This document shows, piece by piece, positions 44,713 through 57,023 of a stretch of DNA of 64,000 nt; position 1 is the first letter of the stretch, and every line of letters begins with the position of its first letter. A program made the position numbers and the translations under genes. A model generated the notes under the pieces. That model saw only the letters and a list, made by a program, of their open reading frames with translations. It was not told the origin of the DNA and made no database searches. The DNA is taken from the NCBI GenBank assembly GCA_000091205.1, contig AP006495.2; one strand, written 5' to 3'. Origin of the DNA: Cyanidioschyzon merolae. Taxonomy: Eukaryota.

Positions 44713-47622
44713 ATGGTGCTTCTACACATTATCGACGGAGACGCAGCCCCAGAGGTCGGGCCTGCAACAGAGCGACGACGAAAAGCGAACACCGCAAAGC
44801 GAGCAAAGCGACGACAGTCGAAGGATCACCCCGCACCACTAGAGGCTGTTGGTGATCCAGAGAAGCGTGCAACGTCCGGAAGTGCACTGGAGGCACGGAG
44901 CAATGCACGAACTCCGAGAGCAACCGCGGTTGTCGCCTCGTGCACAGAAGTTTCTCGCCAGAGCGCCATAGCAACTGTTGAACAGCAGCCTTCTGCCCTG
45001 CACTCGGGTGCGCTCGGTTTAGACTCTGATTCTCATGCACGAACGCCGACTGGACTTACTGCACCAGGTACAGGTGTCGAGCCTCACTCTGATCAAGAGC
45101 GTTTGCACGCTACGATATCATCGAAGGGCGCTCCAAGCGCAACTGGACCGCTAGGTGTTGCCTCATTGGCAGCATTCGTCGGGGCAACTTGTCGAGGCAA
45201 AGGAACTCGAGCGGGCACAGCGGTTTGCATCGGGACCGAGCGAAAATCCGCACGAAGGCATCGGAATACCGCCGGAACCTCGGGCGATGGTACCGTATTG
45301 ACCACCAATGCTCATACCACTGCACGAAAGCCGAAGCAATCTACCAGTTTGAACCGATCCCCGCCACAGAAGGTTGATGGAAACGAGTCGAAATGCGCTG
45401 CTGTTTTGGCATCAGGTACCGAAGGTCTTGCGGTTCAGGAGCACGCGCGGCACAACCATTCACAGGGTGTCTCGCTTGCACAAGTAGAGTTCCGAGCGCT
45501 TCCGCTCGATCCTTCGCTGTGCTATCACGTCCAGCATCGACTTGGCTGGCAACAGCCAACCAGGATTCAACAACGGGCAATTGATGCGCTGCAAAGTTCA
45601 GTGCAGAGGTCCAGTGATCGGCCTACGTTGCCTTTATGGAGTATTCGCGCGCACACCGGTACCGGTAAGACCGCAGCATACCTGTTACCAATAATTCACT
45701 GGATGCTACAAAAGCACCCACGAATGGAACGCTCTTATGGAACGGTTGCCGTTGTTCTGGCTCCGACGCGGGAGCTCTGCGTCCAAATCGAGGACATGGC
45801 TCGTGCGTTCCTGCGCCCATATCACTGGCTTGTCGCTTCAGCGTTTGTCGGCGGTGAGAAACGCAAATCTGAAAAAGCACGTCTGCGTCACGGTACGAAT
45901 CTGGTTATCGGCACACCGGGTCGATTGTGGGACCATCTCCAGCAGACCTCCAGTTGGCATTTGGAGCATTGCGAGTGGTTCATACTCGATGAGGCGGATC
46001 GGATGCTCGATCTAGGCATGGCAGATACCGTTCGATCTGTGTGGACTGAAGTCTTGCAGCGACATCGCAGCGGTAATGCGACGCGATCCGCAACTGCTCT
46101 CAATGGGACGAGCGTCCCGGTGGGTCCGTTACGAACCGTGTTTGTATCTGCTACGATGCGTTCAGAGCATGTGGAAAAGCTCTGCGAGATATGCGCTCTC
46201 GATAAGCTCGCTGACGGAGGTAACGCTCCAGCAGCGACAATGCAGTGCATCGACGACGACGATGCTGCTGCTGCTGCTGCTTCTACTACAGCGGATACGC
46301 GTCATCGTGCTGCAGTCGCAGTCGATGCTCATGCGGTTCATGAACGCACGGGTCATGGCGATTGCGAGCAAGCAATAGAGCGCGGGGATGAGACGCGCCT
46401 GCTCGTGCATGCGGCCTCGAACTTGTACTCTAGAGCACGGCGGAGCACGCAGCTCGACGCCTTACCCGGAGACCTGTCCAGCAGTCCTATCCTGCATTGC
46501 TTCCGCCTGGTGCCGACACGCTACCGCCTTGCTGAACTGGCCTGCGTCCTGCACGCTTTCGGCAACGGCGTCCTTCAGCGGGCCCTGGGTCCTTTGCTAC
46601 CTTGCACGGACGAGTTCATTCGACCCGAATCAAGGAAAGCGCTGGTATTCGCATCGACGTGCGCGTCAGTGGACTTTCTTTACGAACTCTTCCGACAACT
46701 GGGGAAGAGGCAAGAGCCGCTGTTACCAGAGGAGCAGGCTGAAGTATCCCCACCAGAGCCAGTTCTCAATTCGAACGGTTCCGCCTATTCAACAGGTCTT
46801 CAATGTCAGCTCTTTCGCATTCATGGAAGTATGACGCAGACGGAGCGTATCCGAACTTTTCGTGCTTTCCGAAAAATGCTTTCAACGCCTTGTCTTCTGT
46901 TTTGCACCGATGTTGCAGCGCGTGGTCTGGACATTGCGGATCTCTCGCTCTCCGTACACTACGATCCACCGACTAGCGACGGCGACCAGGAATACTGGCA
47001 CCGCGTCGGTCGCACGAGCCGTATGGGTTCGGTGGGCGCTTCTGTGGTCATCCTCCAAGAACACGAGTCCGGTTACCTTTCATGGATGGCATCCAGGTAC
47101 GGCTTCGAGTGGCGATCGCTTCCCTGCCTCGCACAACAGGTGCAAGCACGTGACGGCATTCGTTCGATGTCGGGCTCCAGGGAGGCTGGTGGTGCATTTG
47201 GCGAGGCTCACCACAGCGTCCGAGCTGAGACCTATGCCGCCCATCAGTCGTTCCTACAGGAAATTCGGTACCTGGTGGAGACTGTGCCCTCTCTGGAGCC
47301 ACTCGCTAGAAAAGCTTTTTCAAGTTACGTGAGGAGCTATCGAACCCATTCCCGGGATATGCGGCACATCTTCGATGCTCGCTGCCTTCATTTGGGCCTT
47401 TTGGCGGATAGTTTTGGTTTACGTGTCGTGCCTCGGTTTGCAGGTGCAGACCACGAGCCTCCATTGACCAGGATGCCGTCGCGGAGCACACGTGCGCTGC
47501 CCAGGAAACGCGCTCCGGTTTCGAACGCACTTGTAGAACGCTCCGCAGCTAGGCAGAGGCGACGTCCGAGCGACCAGCTGCTTTCGACGACCATCGATCG
47601 ACGGAGCGAGTTTTTGGCTTAG
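44713..47622 (+). CDS. DEAD-box ATP-dependent RNA helicase, DDX31/Dbp7-like, with a long low-complexity N-terminus.
   Basis: HTGTGKTAAYLLPI (motif I), PTRELCVQI (Ia), TPGRL (Ib), ILDEADRMLDLG (II), VFVSATM (III) and HRVGRTSRMG (VI). There is a DUF4217-like C-terminus (SYVRSYRTH...GLLADSFGL). The track ORF begins at a TTG at 44560; the first ATG in good context (CCATGG) is at 44713. Confidence 0.9.
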   Translation: MVLLHIIDGDAAPEVGPATERRRKANTAKRAKRRQSKDHPAPLEAVGDPEKRATSGSALEARSNARTPRATAVVASCTEVSRQSAIATVEQQPSALHSGALGLDSDSHARTPTGLTAPGTGVEPHSDQERLHATISSKGAPSATGPLGVASLAAFVGATCRGKGTRAGTAVCIGTERKSARRHRNTAGTSGDGTVLTTNAHTTARKPKQSTSLNRSPPQKVDGNESKCAAVLASGTEGLAVQEHARHNHSQGVSLAQVEFRALPLDPSLCYHVQHRLGWQQPTRIQQRAIDALQSSVQRSSDRPTLPLWSIRAHTGTGKTAAYLLPIIHWMLQKHPRMERSYGTVAVVLAPTRELCVQIEDMARAFLRPYHWLVASAFVGGEKRKSEKARLRHGTNLVIGTPGRLWDHLQQTSSWHLEHCEWFILDEADRMLDLGMADTVRSVWTEVLQRHRSGNATRSATALNGTSVPVGPLRTVFVSATMRSEHVEKLCEICALDKLADGGNAPAATMQCIDDDDAAAAAASTTADTRHRAAVAVDAHAVHERTGHGDCEQAIERGDETRLLVHAASNLYSRARRSTQLDALPGDLSSSPILHCFRLVPTRYRLAELACVLHAFGNGVLQRALGPLLPCTDEFIRPESRKALVFASTCASVDFLYELFRQLGKRQEPLLPEEQAEVSPPEPVLNSNGSAYSTGLQCQLFRIHGSMTQTERIRTFRAFRKMLSTPCLLFCTDVAARGLDIADLSLSVHYDPPTSDGDQEYWHRVGRTSRMGSVGASVVILQEHESGYLSWMASRYGFEWRSLPCLAQQVQARDGIRSMSGSREAGGAFGEAHHSVRAETYAAHQSFLQEIRYLVETVPSLEPLARKAFSSYVRSYRTHSRDMRHIFDARCLHLGLLADSFGLRVVPRFAGADHEPPLTRMPSRSTRALPRKRAPVSNALVERSAARQRRRPSDQLLSTTIDRRSEFLA

Positions 47623-49508
47623 ACGCGGCTGTTACGTTTGGATGAGGGATCTTTCGGTGCGCTCGGTCCTGAACATCCCACTTGATATACTGTGCCGTGC
47701 ACTGCGTTTCGGGCTCGGGGACATCTCGCCGTTTGTGGATCGATGAGAATGGCGGCTTTTTGTGCGACGAATTGACGCAGTTTCTTTTTGTTTTCCGAGC
47801 CTCGGACGAAAGGTTTTCAGTGCCTTTGTGACCGATTCGAGTAGTGTATGGAGAGCGTTTTGCTTCTCAAATCGTGCACTGTTCAGAACTTGTACAGCAA
47901 CTTGGTATGGGCTACCTTGGTCAGATTTGTTTGCAGGGAACATAGAGCGTGCGGGCGTTTCATCGTTGTAGCAAGCAGGAATCTCAGGAGATTTCCCGAG
48001 ACGCGTGAATACTTTGTATGATTGCCGAAGGTACCCGAGTCCGTCTATATTTGTGTGTGCACACTGGAATGCATCCATGTTCATGGTTTTTAACGACTAA
48101 TCTGCTGAAATGCTCGTAGACGCGCATCTGCGTATTCGCATTTGCATATTCTGGACCGCATGTGTGCAGGCGTGTGTGCATCACAGGTGCCTCGCAAAGA
48201 CAACGTCTAAAAAATGAGAGAGCACCGCGCTTCGTGGCTTGTTGGTGTCGGTACACGCTGCTCTACGCTGCTGATTCACGTGAAAGGATGGTGTGGAGTT
48301 GCAAGGCAGTCTGCAGACTGCAGCCGCTGGTTCCGTGGAAAAGGCCTCTCTAGGTTCAAGCTGGATATCTGTTCTCTATTTCAACAGTATGACACGCACA
48401 GCAATGCTGCTACCTGCCTGCATTGTGTGCTCCTATTATGGGGTATTCTTTGGCGCTGCGCTGATCGATTTATGATGGATCTCATTCCATGGGTATGGCG
48501 CAGATATCTTTCATGAATAGATATGCAGAACGCTCTGGCGGATGTGGAAGACCACTGGAATGCAAACACCGTTGCCTCTTACCACAAGCGTATATCCACT
48601 TTCAGCGATCACAGGTTCAGGAATCAGGAATGGGCTGCGGAGAAGCGGCTTTGGATTCTTGACCCGTCCCCCGTAGTGTCCCGCCTAGGGCGACCTCGCC
48701 AGAGCCGCCCGAGTACGCGTCCACAGCGCACAACTGCGGCAGCGGTACAGGCTTGTTCGCGAGCGTCAGACAACCGCCTATCCAGGGAGCAAGTCTGGTA
48801 CGGCACGATTTGCGAACTTGAACAGCTCAGTGAACCGGTGGAAGAGAGCGTGCCAGTGCTCATGGGCCAAGGTGCTGCGGATGCCTTTGCTTTCTCCAGC
48901 CTGTCTTGCGTGCTCGCTAGTATTTCTCGAGTCACCGTAGCCGGTTGTAGAAAAATGACTAGGAACGGGTTATAGGTTAGGTAAAGCATGTTGCCCTTAT
49001 CTTGGAAGATTCTAATCTTGTAGAATGTCTTCCTCAGTGTGCAAGGATGTGTGAGAGTTCAGAACCGATGTCGATGGTGCCGAAATGTACACGAAACGAG
49101 ACTTGTGGCTTTATTTTGTAGTACATGCACGTCGACGTGAAGTAGAAGGAATTCACTGAGCTCATTCGGGCGTACGCGCTCAAGTCTGGGCCTCGTCCAT
49201 CTCTCACTGGCTCCACCACCCTTTGCAGGCTTTCTCTGTGCGGCTGCCTCTTGATCCTCTCTGATGGCTCCGGGCTGTCGATACGTCGGTCTCTCCTGCA
49301 GATCCAACTCCGTGACTAGCAGTCAAAGCGAACTGGTGGCAGTGTTGATGGAGATTTTTTCACCGCATTCGGCAGTTTCCTACGTCACTCTTGAACAGAT
49401 GATCTTGGTGAGCTCTACGTCGCTCGCCGTATTCCTCCTCATTACGAGCAGCCTAGGTGCACCATTCGCAGCGGTAACCCATGGATGAGGTCAGGAGTTC
49501 CTATACAC

Positions 49509-50207
49509 TCACCACACTCGCTCTTTTCGTATCCCGATCTTTGGCACGTACACGCTTGCTTCACTGCTCACTGCGTGTCCTTGATGGATACAAGAGGCTG
49601 TTTCTGGAAGCCATTCCCGGTTTCTGCGCTCAACGACGTATCCTGGGATCGTGGGCACCTTCTGAAACATCCCATCGGCGAGTACGCTTTCTCTAGAACC
49701 ATCAAGTGCATGCTGTTCCATTTGACAGAGCGTATGTGGAACGCGATGTTGTCCATGAAAAAAACAGCAACTGCAGGGAAAATCCAGACTGGAGATCATG
49801 TCGATCATTTTCGATCCGTCGACGCATATTTCCTGCAATGCGCTGATGCACTCGAAACTGTAAACGATCGCACCGAAGGCTTCCGTCAGAGTCCAACATT
49901 TTTTTCCATGCCAACCTGGTAGACTGTTACACATATTCGCATATCCCATTGCAATAGCCATGCTGGTGTTGAATGCCGTTCCGTCGATCGCCATATAGAG
50001 TAAACTGGATTTGCTCTTCAAACAAACTAGGATAGTTGACGTTTCGATCCCAGTGACGCTTTGGCAATACCTGGTGAACAAGTCGCCAAATGACTCTACC
50101 AGGTAGTTTCCGTAAACAATCCAGCGCTGCAACTGGGTTCGCGCACAAGTTGCCAAGAACCAGAGAGATCGAATCCTTGAACAACGTTTGAACTGATCAA
50201 TAGTCAC
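49509..50207 (-). pseudogene. Relic of a PIF/Harbinger-type DDE transposase, degenerate.
   Basis: LWFLATCARTQ...ESFGDLF (compare the Harbinger motif LRFYATG...GDTFGIS), AIDGTAF (compare GAIDGTHI, first D) and LADGMF (compare LLGDSGY, second D). It sits in a locally AT-richer island at about 49.0-50.3 kb. Confidence 0.35.
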
Positions 50208-50841
50208 ACCAAGAATGGAGAAGATCAGATATTCGTCCTTATGAACTGAATGGTGATATCGCGTATTCTGCGAACCCTTGTTTGCGGCTGTCGCGAAGCA
50301 CCTTCACGCAGGTGTCGTAACGAGCTCCGACGGCAAAGCGCTACCGGACCCACTCCAGAAAGACGTACAATCATCCTAAAACGACATAGGAATCAGTAAG
50401 CCCTCATCGCTGCACCTCGAATACCCAGGTCCTGCATAAAAACACAGTTCGGAGAGAAGCGTGCGCGACTAGTCCAGTGTTCCGTGGATATCGGACACGA
50501 CTGCGCTGCGACTGTTGGCGCTTGTGCGAACTTTAGACAAGTTTTCTGGTGACGTTCTCTTGGGGACGCTCTGAACACTATAGACGTCGCCGCTACCATA
50601 GCGTACATAAGCTACACCCCGCATCGGGACGCTGTCTTGCTTTCGTGTGCGTGTGAACGGCACTGCAGAAACCTGAGCAGCACCCGGTGCCACAGGTCGG
50701 TGCGAAGCTTCCGGGCGAGTCGGGTTCCAAGGCCCGCACCCGAAACTCCGAGTTACCAGCGGGGTTCACTTGATCGGTTGTGACCCTTCGCGTCCGCGCC
50801 CTGGCGGACGGGCATGCACGAGTACAGGTTTAGACTCGCAA

Positions 50842-53259
50842 ATGGACTCACTTGTCACTGGAGCACACGCCGAGTCTGAACAAACCAAAAGCTTTCCAGA
50901 CTCGACTTTGAAGAGCGTCCCGGACCGGTACAACCTCCCAGGGGATAGTGGCGATGCGAAGAAGCAGCGTCGTTTGCTTCAGTTTTCGTTCTTTCGTCCA
51001 GACAGACTCCAGCCGGAGGTGGACACGCTCACCGAGGCACTCGTGCCTCTGGACGTCGTCGATGAGCCAGACCCACCGGTTGTCTGTGCCATCGGCTGGC
51101 TCTGCACTCGAGAGGAAGACGAGATCGCTAGCGCAGTCGAGCGTCTAGCCGTTGAAGGCCGCCTCGCAGAGTACTATGGTACAACGGACTTGGCCGAGGC
51201 TGTCGATAGGGCGCTCTCCCGCGCTCAGCAAGGTGCTGTAGCGGCAAGTTCGACGCGGAACCGGATGCCTGTCCTCAAGGGAACTCCGATTGGACCGATA
51301 CGCTCCTGGTGTATCCAGTTTGGCATCGAACCACGCATCTACGTGGAGACGGATGACGCCTGGTACCACGTGGTGTATTACGGAGCATCCCCAGAGTACG
51401 CTCCGTTGTTTGAGTCAGCGCGCTCAAAGTTCGAGATCGCTGTGCGAGCAGATCTACTTTGTGCGAAAAACCCCGGCGTGCGGCTACGACCTGCTGTGGA
51501 TCTTACGTATGGATACGTGACGTTTGCCTTGACCTTGCCTTTTGCAGGGATGCGTTCATATACCGAGGAGCATGTCCATGAAGTGGCTCCTTTCCTGCTC
51601 GAGCAAGCAGCGGAGCTCGATAGTTATTTACCTGAATCACATTTCCTCTCCGTGCTTGCCCGCCGGGCACCAATCGGTGGAGCACCCTCGCAGTCGCTTT
51701 CAGCAGACGCGCTACCGAACGAGAAGCGCCGACATTTCATGTATCACCTCCGACATCTGTTGGCAGAGATATGCCGACGGAGCGATGCCCGGGAGCTTCG
51801 TGAACTCACCAATCCTCAAAAGTATCCAGGATATGAGCAGGCAGTGCCTGTGCCTTTGGATCTGAACCTGATCATGCATCGTTTGCATACTGCGGAAGGA
51901 TATACCGCAGACGATCCGGCGGCTGTTGTGCGGGATGTTCGCCAGGTTTTCCACAACTGTCGGCTTTTTCTGCAGGTCTCCGATAAGGAGTCGCAAAAGA
52001 TACTGGTGCGGGCGACTCGGGTTGAACACTTTTTCGACGAACGACTGCTGCAGCTTGAGCTTGCGCTGCGAGATGGCTCGCTTCCACCGGCAGTCGGCCA
52101 GCTCGGCGCGTCTCTGGATGCATCAACAGTAGCGTATGATCACGCGCTCACGTACGAGGGCGACGGAAACGGGCAACAACACGCAGCAGCTGGGTCGGAA
52201 GGGGCACGAACGCCTGATGCAGCCGATATTTCGGGCCCCGAGTGGTCGCACCAACTTGCAGATACCGGTTCGGTGGAGGCATTGCGGGGCAAACGCACGG
52301 CGAAGCGTCGACGGCCGTCGGAGCAGTCGGCCGGCAAGGGCATCGGCAACGGCCGCGACCCCTTGTCCGCTGTTGTAGATCCCGTCACTGAAGGCACCGC
52401 TTCCAAGCCGAACGAAGATGCTCGTAGCGGTATACGTGGGAACAGTGGAGTTGCTGCTGCTGCTGCTGGTGCTGCTGTTGCTACACTTCCCAAACCGGTC
52501 TGCGCATATCCGATCTGCACACACGAACCGCGCCGTGGTTCAAAGTACTGTTCGGACGAATGTGGGTGCGCTGTGGCTGTACTCCGTCTGGCGGAATCTG
52601 TAGAGACATTGCCGCGAGCTGCTCGTAAAGCCCTCCTGGCTGCAGAGGTGGTGGTTCGGGGCTTTGCGGCCGCCGGAAAAGAGGCGCAACGAGCTGCAGA
52701 ATTGCTGCTCCGAGAGCAAGAGAAGCGAGAACAGGAGGCACAAACAGCGCATGCGTCGCAGGACGCTCCGCAAAACGATCGAGGTATGCCTCCAGAGTTC
52801 CGACCACCACCTCCACTTGCAGCGACTGCATCGGCTGCGGAAAAAGCAGCCTATGCGAGTTTGAATGGCGTTATCGAAGAAGCGACCAAGCTGCACTGCC
52901 AGCTGAAGCGCGTGGACGCGCAGATTGCGGAAACCAGCGTCCTTGTGGCTGCGGCTCCCGAGGGTTACTGCGGGTTTGGTGGATACTGTCAGTGGTCGTG
53001 GCGTGGAGGTCAGCGACCTAGCCCAATTGCTGCAGGGCTGCGTACTGCAGATGCACCCGAGACTGGATCGGAAAACGTGCAGTCTCGACCGTGTCCAATT
53101 CATGGAAATTGGCGAGTGAACAAGCCGCTTGAGTATCACCGGGAGCGCCAGCATGTTATATCGCGCCTTCAGGACCTCAGTGTCATGTATCGCCGACTCT
53201 GGGAGCACCTGAAGCTAGGAATCCCGCATCAGAGCGAATCCATGGAAACGAATGGCTAG
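50842..53259 (+). CDS. Bromodomain-containing nuclear protein with a Cys-rich segment and a C-terminal coiled coil.
   Basis: Bromodomain-like NPQKYPGYEQAVPVPLDLNLIMHRLHTAEGYTADDPAAVVRDVRQVFHNCRLF. Cys cluster CAYPICTHEPRRGSKYCSDECGC. The track ORF begins at a TTG at 50770; the first ATG is at 50842. Confidence 0.7.
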   Translation: MDSLVTGAHAESEQTKSFPDSTLKSVPDRYNLPGDSGDAKKQRRLLQFSFFRPDRLQPEVDTLTEALVPLDVVDEPDPPVVCAIGWLCTREEDEIASAVERLAVEGRLAEYYGTTDLAEAVDRALSRAQQGAVAASSTRNRMPVLKGTPIGPIRSWCIQFGIEPRIYVETDDAWYHVVYYGASPEYAPLFESARSKFEIAVRADLLCAKNPGVRLRPAVDLTYGYVTFALTLPFAGMRSYTEEHVHEVAPFLLEQAAELDSYLPESHFLSVLARRAPIGGAPSQSLSADALPNEKRRHFMYHLRHLLAEICRRSDARELRELTNPQKYPGYEQAVPVPLDLNLIMHRLHTAEGYTADDPAAVVRDVRQVFHNCRLFLQVSDKESQKILVRATRVEHFFDERLLQLELALRDGSLPPAVGQLGASLDASTVAYDHALTYEGDGNGQQHAAAGSEGARTPDAADISGPEWSHQLADTGSVEALRGKRTAKRRRPSEQSAGKGIGNGRDPLSAVVDPVTEGTASKPNEDARSGIRGNSGVAAAAAGAAVATLPKPVCAYPICTHEPRRGSKYCSDECGCAVAVLRLAESVETLPRAARKALLAAEVVVRGFAAAGKEAQRAAELLLREQEKREQEAQTAHASQDAPQNDRGMPPEFRPPPPLAATASAAEKAAYASLNGVIEEATKLHCQLKRVDAQIAETSVLVAAAPEGYCGFGGYCQWSWRGGQRPSPIAAGLRTADAPETGSENVQSRPCPIHGNWRVNKPLEYHRERQHVISRLQDLSVMYRRLWEHLKLGIPHQSESMETNG

Positions 53260-56132
53260 TGGAAGCGAACGCTGAACACCGGCTGTCTGTGCAACTGCTA
53301 GCTGTTTGCAGACGCGTATAGCACAAGATCGCGAGGCATGTGAACGTCTCGACGTCGACCGGAGTTGATTCCCTAGCAAACCGAAAGCGGAGCTCGAAAT
53401 GCTTGATACGATGTACGCTCTCAGTGTCGATCTCGTATGCATCTCGAGCACCCACACGTACCGCTCGTGTACGCGTAAGCTGGGCAATCGCTCCACGAGT
53501 AGCCATGCACGAGGCTCTGTACCTTCTATTCTTGATGTTACCGCGGTTCGCGGCAATCCGGAACGTCTGGCTTTCGAAGTTTTTTCAAATGCGCGTCCTC
53601 ATCCTAGACTTTGAGGTCATCGTCCGCTGAGTAGAAGCGTCTCTAAACAGCACATCTCTAGAACAACAGCACGCAGGATTTTAGCATGGACGACACTATG
53701 TAATATACAGAGCACCTGCTAGACGAGCAGAACATGTTTGGTTTGACGCATTCGGAGTTGTGTGATGTTTGGAGCGCTGTCGCGTGACCCAAGTCGAGTT
53801 TGTCGGGCGCAGCGTGCGTCAGACTTGCGCGACGAGCTGACTACTCTGTGGACTCGCTTGCACCAGGTATTTCGCCGAATTCGCTGGGCAGCGCTCGTCA
53901 CCAGATCCAGTGCCGATACGCTACGAACACGAACGAGTCCTTGGACACATCTAGGTTACGGGGTAGGTGCCGAAGTTGGCGATCACACTGCCAACGGTAT
54001 TAGCGCTCCCGTAACTTACATATGCGCGGTTCAGGCAGCCGACTCGGTGCGAGTCTGACTATTGGAACCCGAAGCCTGCACTGGAGGGCAGACCAAACGA
54101 ATTCCGTTGAGCAGCAGCCTCTCTTGACTTGGGCGTGTGCTGGTGGCAGCCCTGTTTTAATGTTATATGGCGTTACTTGCGCTGCAGCGATACATTCGCG
54201 CCTCATTCCAACGGAATCGTACCGTGCTCGAACGCAGGTACAATGTACGTTTGTCCTAGTCAGATGGAACGGATGATCGAAGGTAAATCGAGCGATTACG
54301 CTGAATTTTGGGTCTATTCTCATGAGCATCAACACCAGCCTTTGTAGGCTTTTCTTTACGCGACTGCTTCCATTTCCATCACCATACGTAGAGCCTTGAA
54401 TGCACTGGTATATCGATTCCCTCTAGTTTCATTATCAGCTGTCGAAGCATGTTGATACCAGCCTCCAAATTCCAAATATGCTTCTTTCTGATGTTTTCTA
54501 CCTATTTCATGCACAGAAAGACGTTGCGATGAACGACGCGCTTACCATCCTCATTATCTTGGTTCGCAGTTTCGGTGCGTCCTTCGCACTAGTCAGATTT
54601 GGACGACGGTGAGATGTACCCATGTGTCTACCACAGCATTTCTTCTGAAGGATGTCCCTTGGTACATGGGCGCTTGATTCATCGATCAGTGCATGCGCTT
54701 CGTGGACACAGAAGGGTTTAGTTGAGAATATCCTCAGTTCTCCGCTAAAGGCGCCGCACCTAATGATCACTGATCTTTCCTGGGCAAACGTCTCGGATGC
54801 TGCTCTGTGCGCCACGTACGGAAGCGCAAGCTGTTTCATTCGACGGAGCTTTTGTAAAATCCGGTAATATACCTTAGGAAACAAGTCCCGGAAGGACATT
54901 ATAGGCAGGAGAACAAGCCTCGAAATTCCGATTCGTCTGCACCCGCTTCGTGCGAAGCTCCGTCGCGCTCTCAAAAGGATGCAATTGCTGCGATGGCGAC
55001 AGCTCGAGACCCAGACCCTTTTGCCTGCACACTGAGGAGACGGGAGCCTTAGGATGATACCCCCAAAAAGGTACTATGTAATTTTTAAATGACTATTTCT
55101 CGATCGCGACCGATAGAGAAGGATGCATGTTTGAAGGGATCTCGATTATGTGACGTGGCAAGTTCATCGAACTTTCGGCACCTGCTTTTGAACAAGTCTT
55201 CAAATCTCGAGGTACAGCTCCTTTTTGGGGTCAATCCTGCATCGCTAACTGCTCCACCCGCCTGCTCCCGTGGAACAGCAAGATCGGACGCTCGCAGAAC
55301 GCATGATTTGAGCATGCTGCACGGAAGAAAAGTAGACGAATCGTGGCGCATACCTACGTATTAGAGAAAGGTATCGGATCGTCTTTTGCACCCTTCCTTG
55401 AATGCCTCGCGAATCATCTAGACGACACTGACGTAGCGAATTCCAACTCGAGAGCTTCGAATGAGCCACTCTGAATTGAAGGAAGAGCATTCTATAAATG
55501 CCAAGGAATCCGAAAGTCCTTATCGATGCGCTTCGAATGCCGAGGCTGTACACCCAGAAATAGTTTGGTCAAATATCGAAATACGGTAGCGGAGCTTGCT
55601 CGACGGAACACCACCTGGTCTGCGACGGGTGTAGAAATCAGCGCGAATGCCGTTGACGCATTTCCCAGGCGCGCAAAGCATCCCGCACGATCGATCATGG
55701 AGCGTATTGACGCTGCTCCGATGCCTAGAGTTATCGAACGAAACAACGAGTTGTCTGCGTCAAAAAGGCATCCGAAGGAAACGCAACCGAGATATTTTCA
55801 AGGCGTAAAACCGACGGAAAGCCTTCGGGGTTCACAGTGCAACGCTAGGCGCTTTCGGAAAAGCGATGGCACTCGTTTGATGCATCTCTCCGTCTCGACT
55901 CCAGTTCACGTTGGCTTCGGCGCTTGTTTGTTTCGCGGAGGCAGCTGGAGCGCCCGATGTTGCCCCCCGAACGCAGAGCACAGACGCTGGGCGTAACGTA
56001 CATGCAACCAAGTCTTTTACCTAGAGAAATAGGGTCTGCATCTATAAGGTACATACACAGAGACGAATGCAAACAAATATCCTCCATTGGTGCATAGGAA
56101 CAAATCTTTCAGAGGAATCTGGTTTCGCGTCC

Positions 56133-57023
56133 CTAGTTCCCAAAGGCGCCCAGCAGTTGCTCAACAGCAGGCTTGACACGTTTTTCATACCAGGACGGAT
56201 CCGGACAGAGCTCCTGGATTTTGCGCGCCATTGCTTGCCAGCCGTCTTTAACACGGCTCAAATCCAGCCCAAGTTCATGGTAGAGCTCCAGTAGTAATGC
56301 AACGTTGCGTCGGTGCAAAAAGTCAACTGGCGGTGCATTCTCCTCCTGAGCCAGCACCGCATAACTCACAATGCGAAGCTGATCGCGCATGTCGTTGGCG
56401 AGCTGTTCCTCGATGGCTTCGGTGCGGCTCAGCGTTGCCAGATTTTTTCCCTCGTAGCATTCTTTCTTCACCCTTGCAGCCGCAATGCCAGCTTCGATGA
56501 TCGCCTCCGCATTGGTCGTAATGACTGCCGCCACGTCAGCGCCCTGAAAACTCCTCCTACCACGATATGACTCAATCTCTTCGATAGGGACGAACATCAG
56601 CGCTGTATCATTTTTCCGGCAGGTGTTCGCGGCTTCTGTATGGAAGCCGTCACCACACCGAAGAAGCGACTTGTGACTGCGCAAAAACGCCCGCAGGGCC
56701 TGCGCACGCCTCGACATGTGATCCGTCTTTGGGACCGAAGTTGGAGCGGGCGCACCATTGTTCTGGGAAGCAGCACCAGCGCCGTCACGCGGGCCGGCAC
56801 CCACCGGGAACGGTGGAGTTAATGTCGAGGTGATCTGCAGCGCCCGACAAGCACGCTTTGCGTTCGCCAACGAGCATGGGGAAACCCGCCGGAGCGACCT
56901 CCCGTGCGAGGAAAGCCAACGGCTACTCCAAACGAAGCCAGTCGACGCCTTCCTAACCAACGCTACACTTGAAGCCTTTCGATGTTTCGGTGAATAATGC
57001 AAAAAAATGTTTGTAAAAGCCAT
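56133..57023 (-). CDS. Hypothetical conserved-looking protein; the start is ambiguous (ATG at 57023 or at 56717).
   Basis: Uninterrupted ORF. The C-terminal half is not low-complexity (FVPIEEIESYRGRRSF...NAEAIIEAGIAAARVKK...LLELYHELGLDLSRVKDGW). The first 25 or so codons overlap the tail of repeat copy B. Confidence 0.4.
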   Translation of the reverse strand: MAFTNIFLHYSPKHRKASSVALVRKASTGFVWSSRWLSSHGRSLRRVSPCSLANAKRACRALQITSTLTPPFPVGAGPRDGAGAASQNNGAPAPTSVPKTDHMSRRAQALRAFLRSHKSLLRCGDGFHTEAANTCRKNDTALMFVPIEEIESYRGRRSFQGADVAAVITTNAEAIIEAGIAAARVKKECYEGKNLATLSRTEAIEEQLANDMRDQLRIVSYAVLAQEENAPPVDFLHRRNVALLLELYHELGLDLSRVKDGWQAMARKIQELCPDPSWYEKRVKPAVEQLLGAFGN

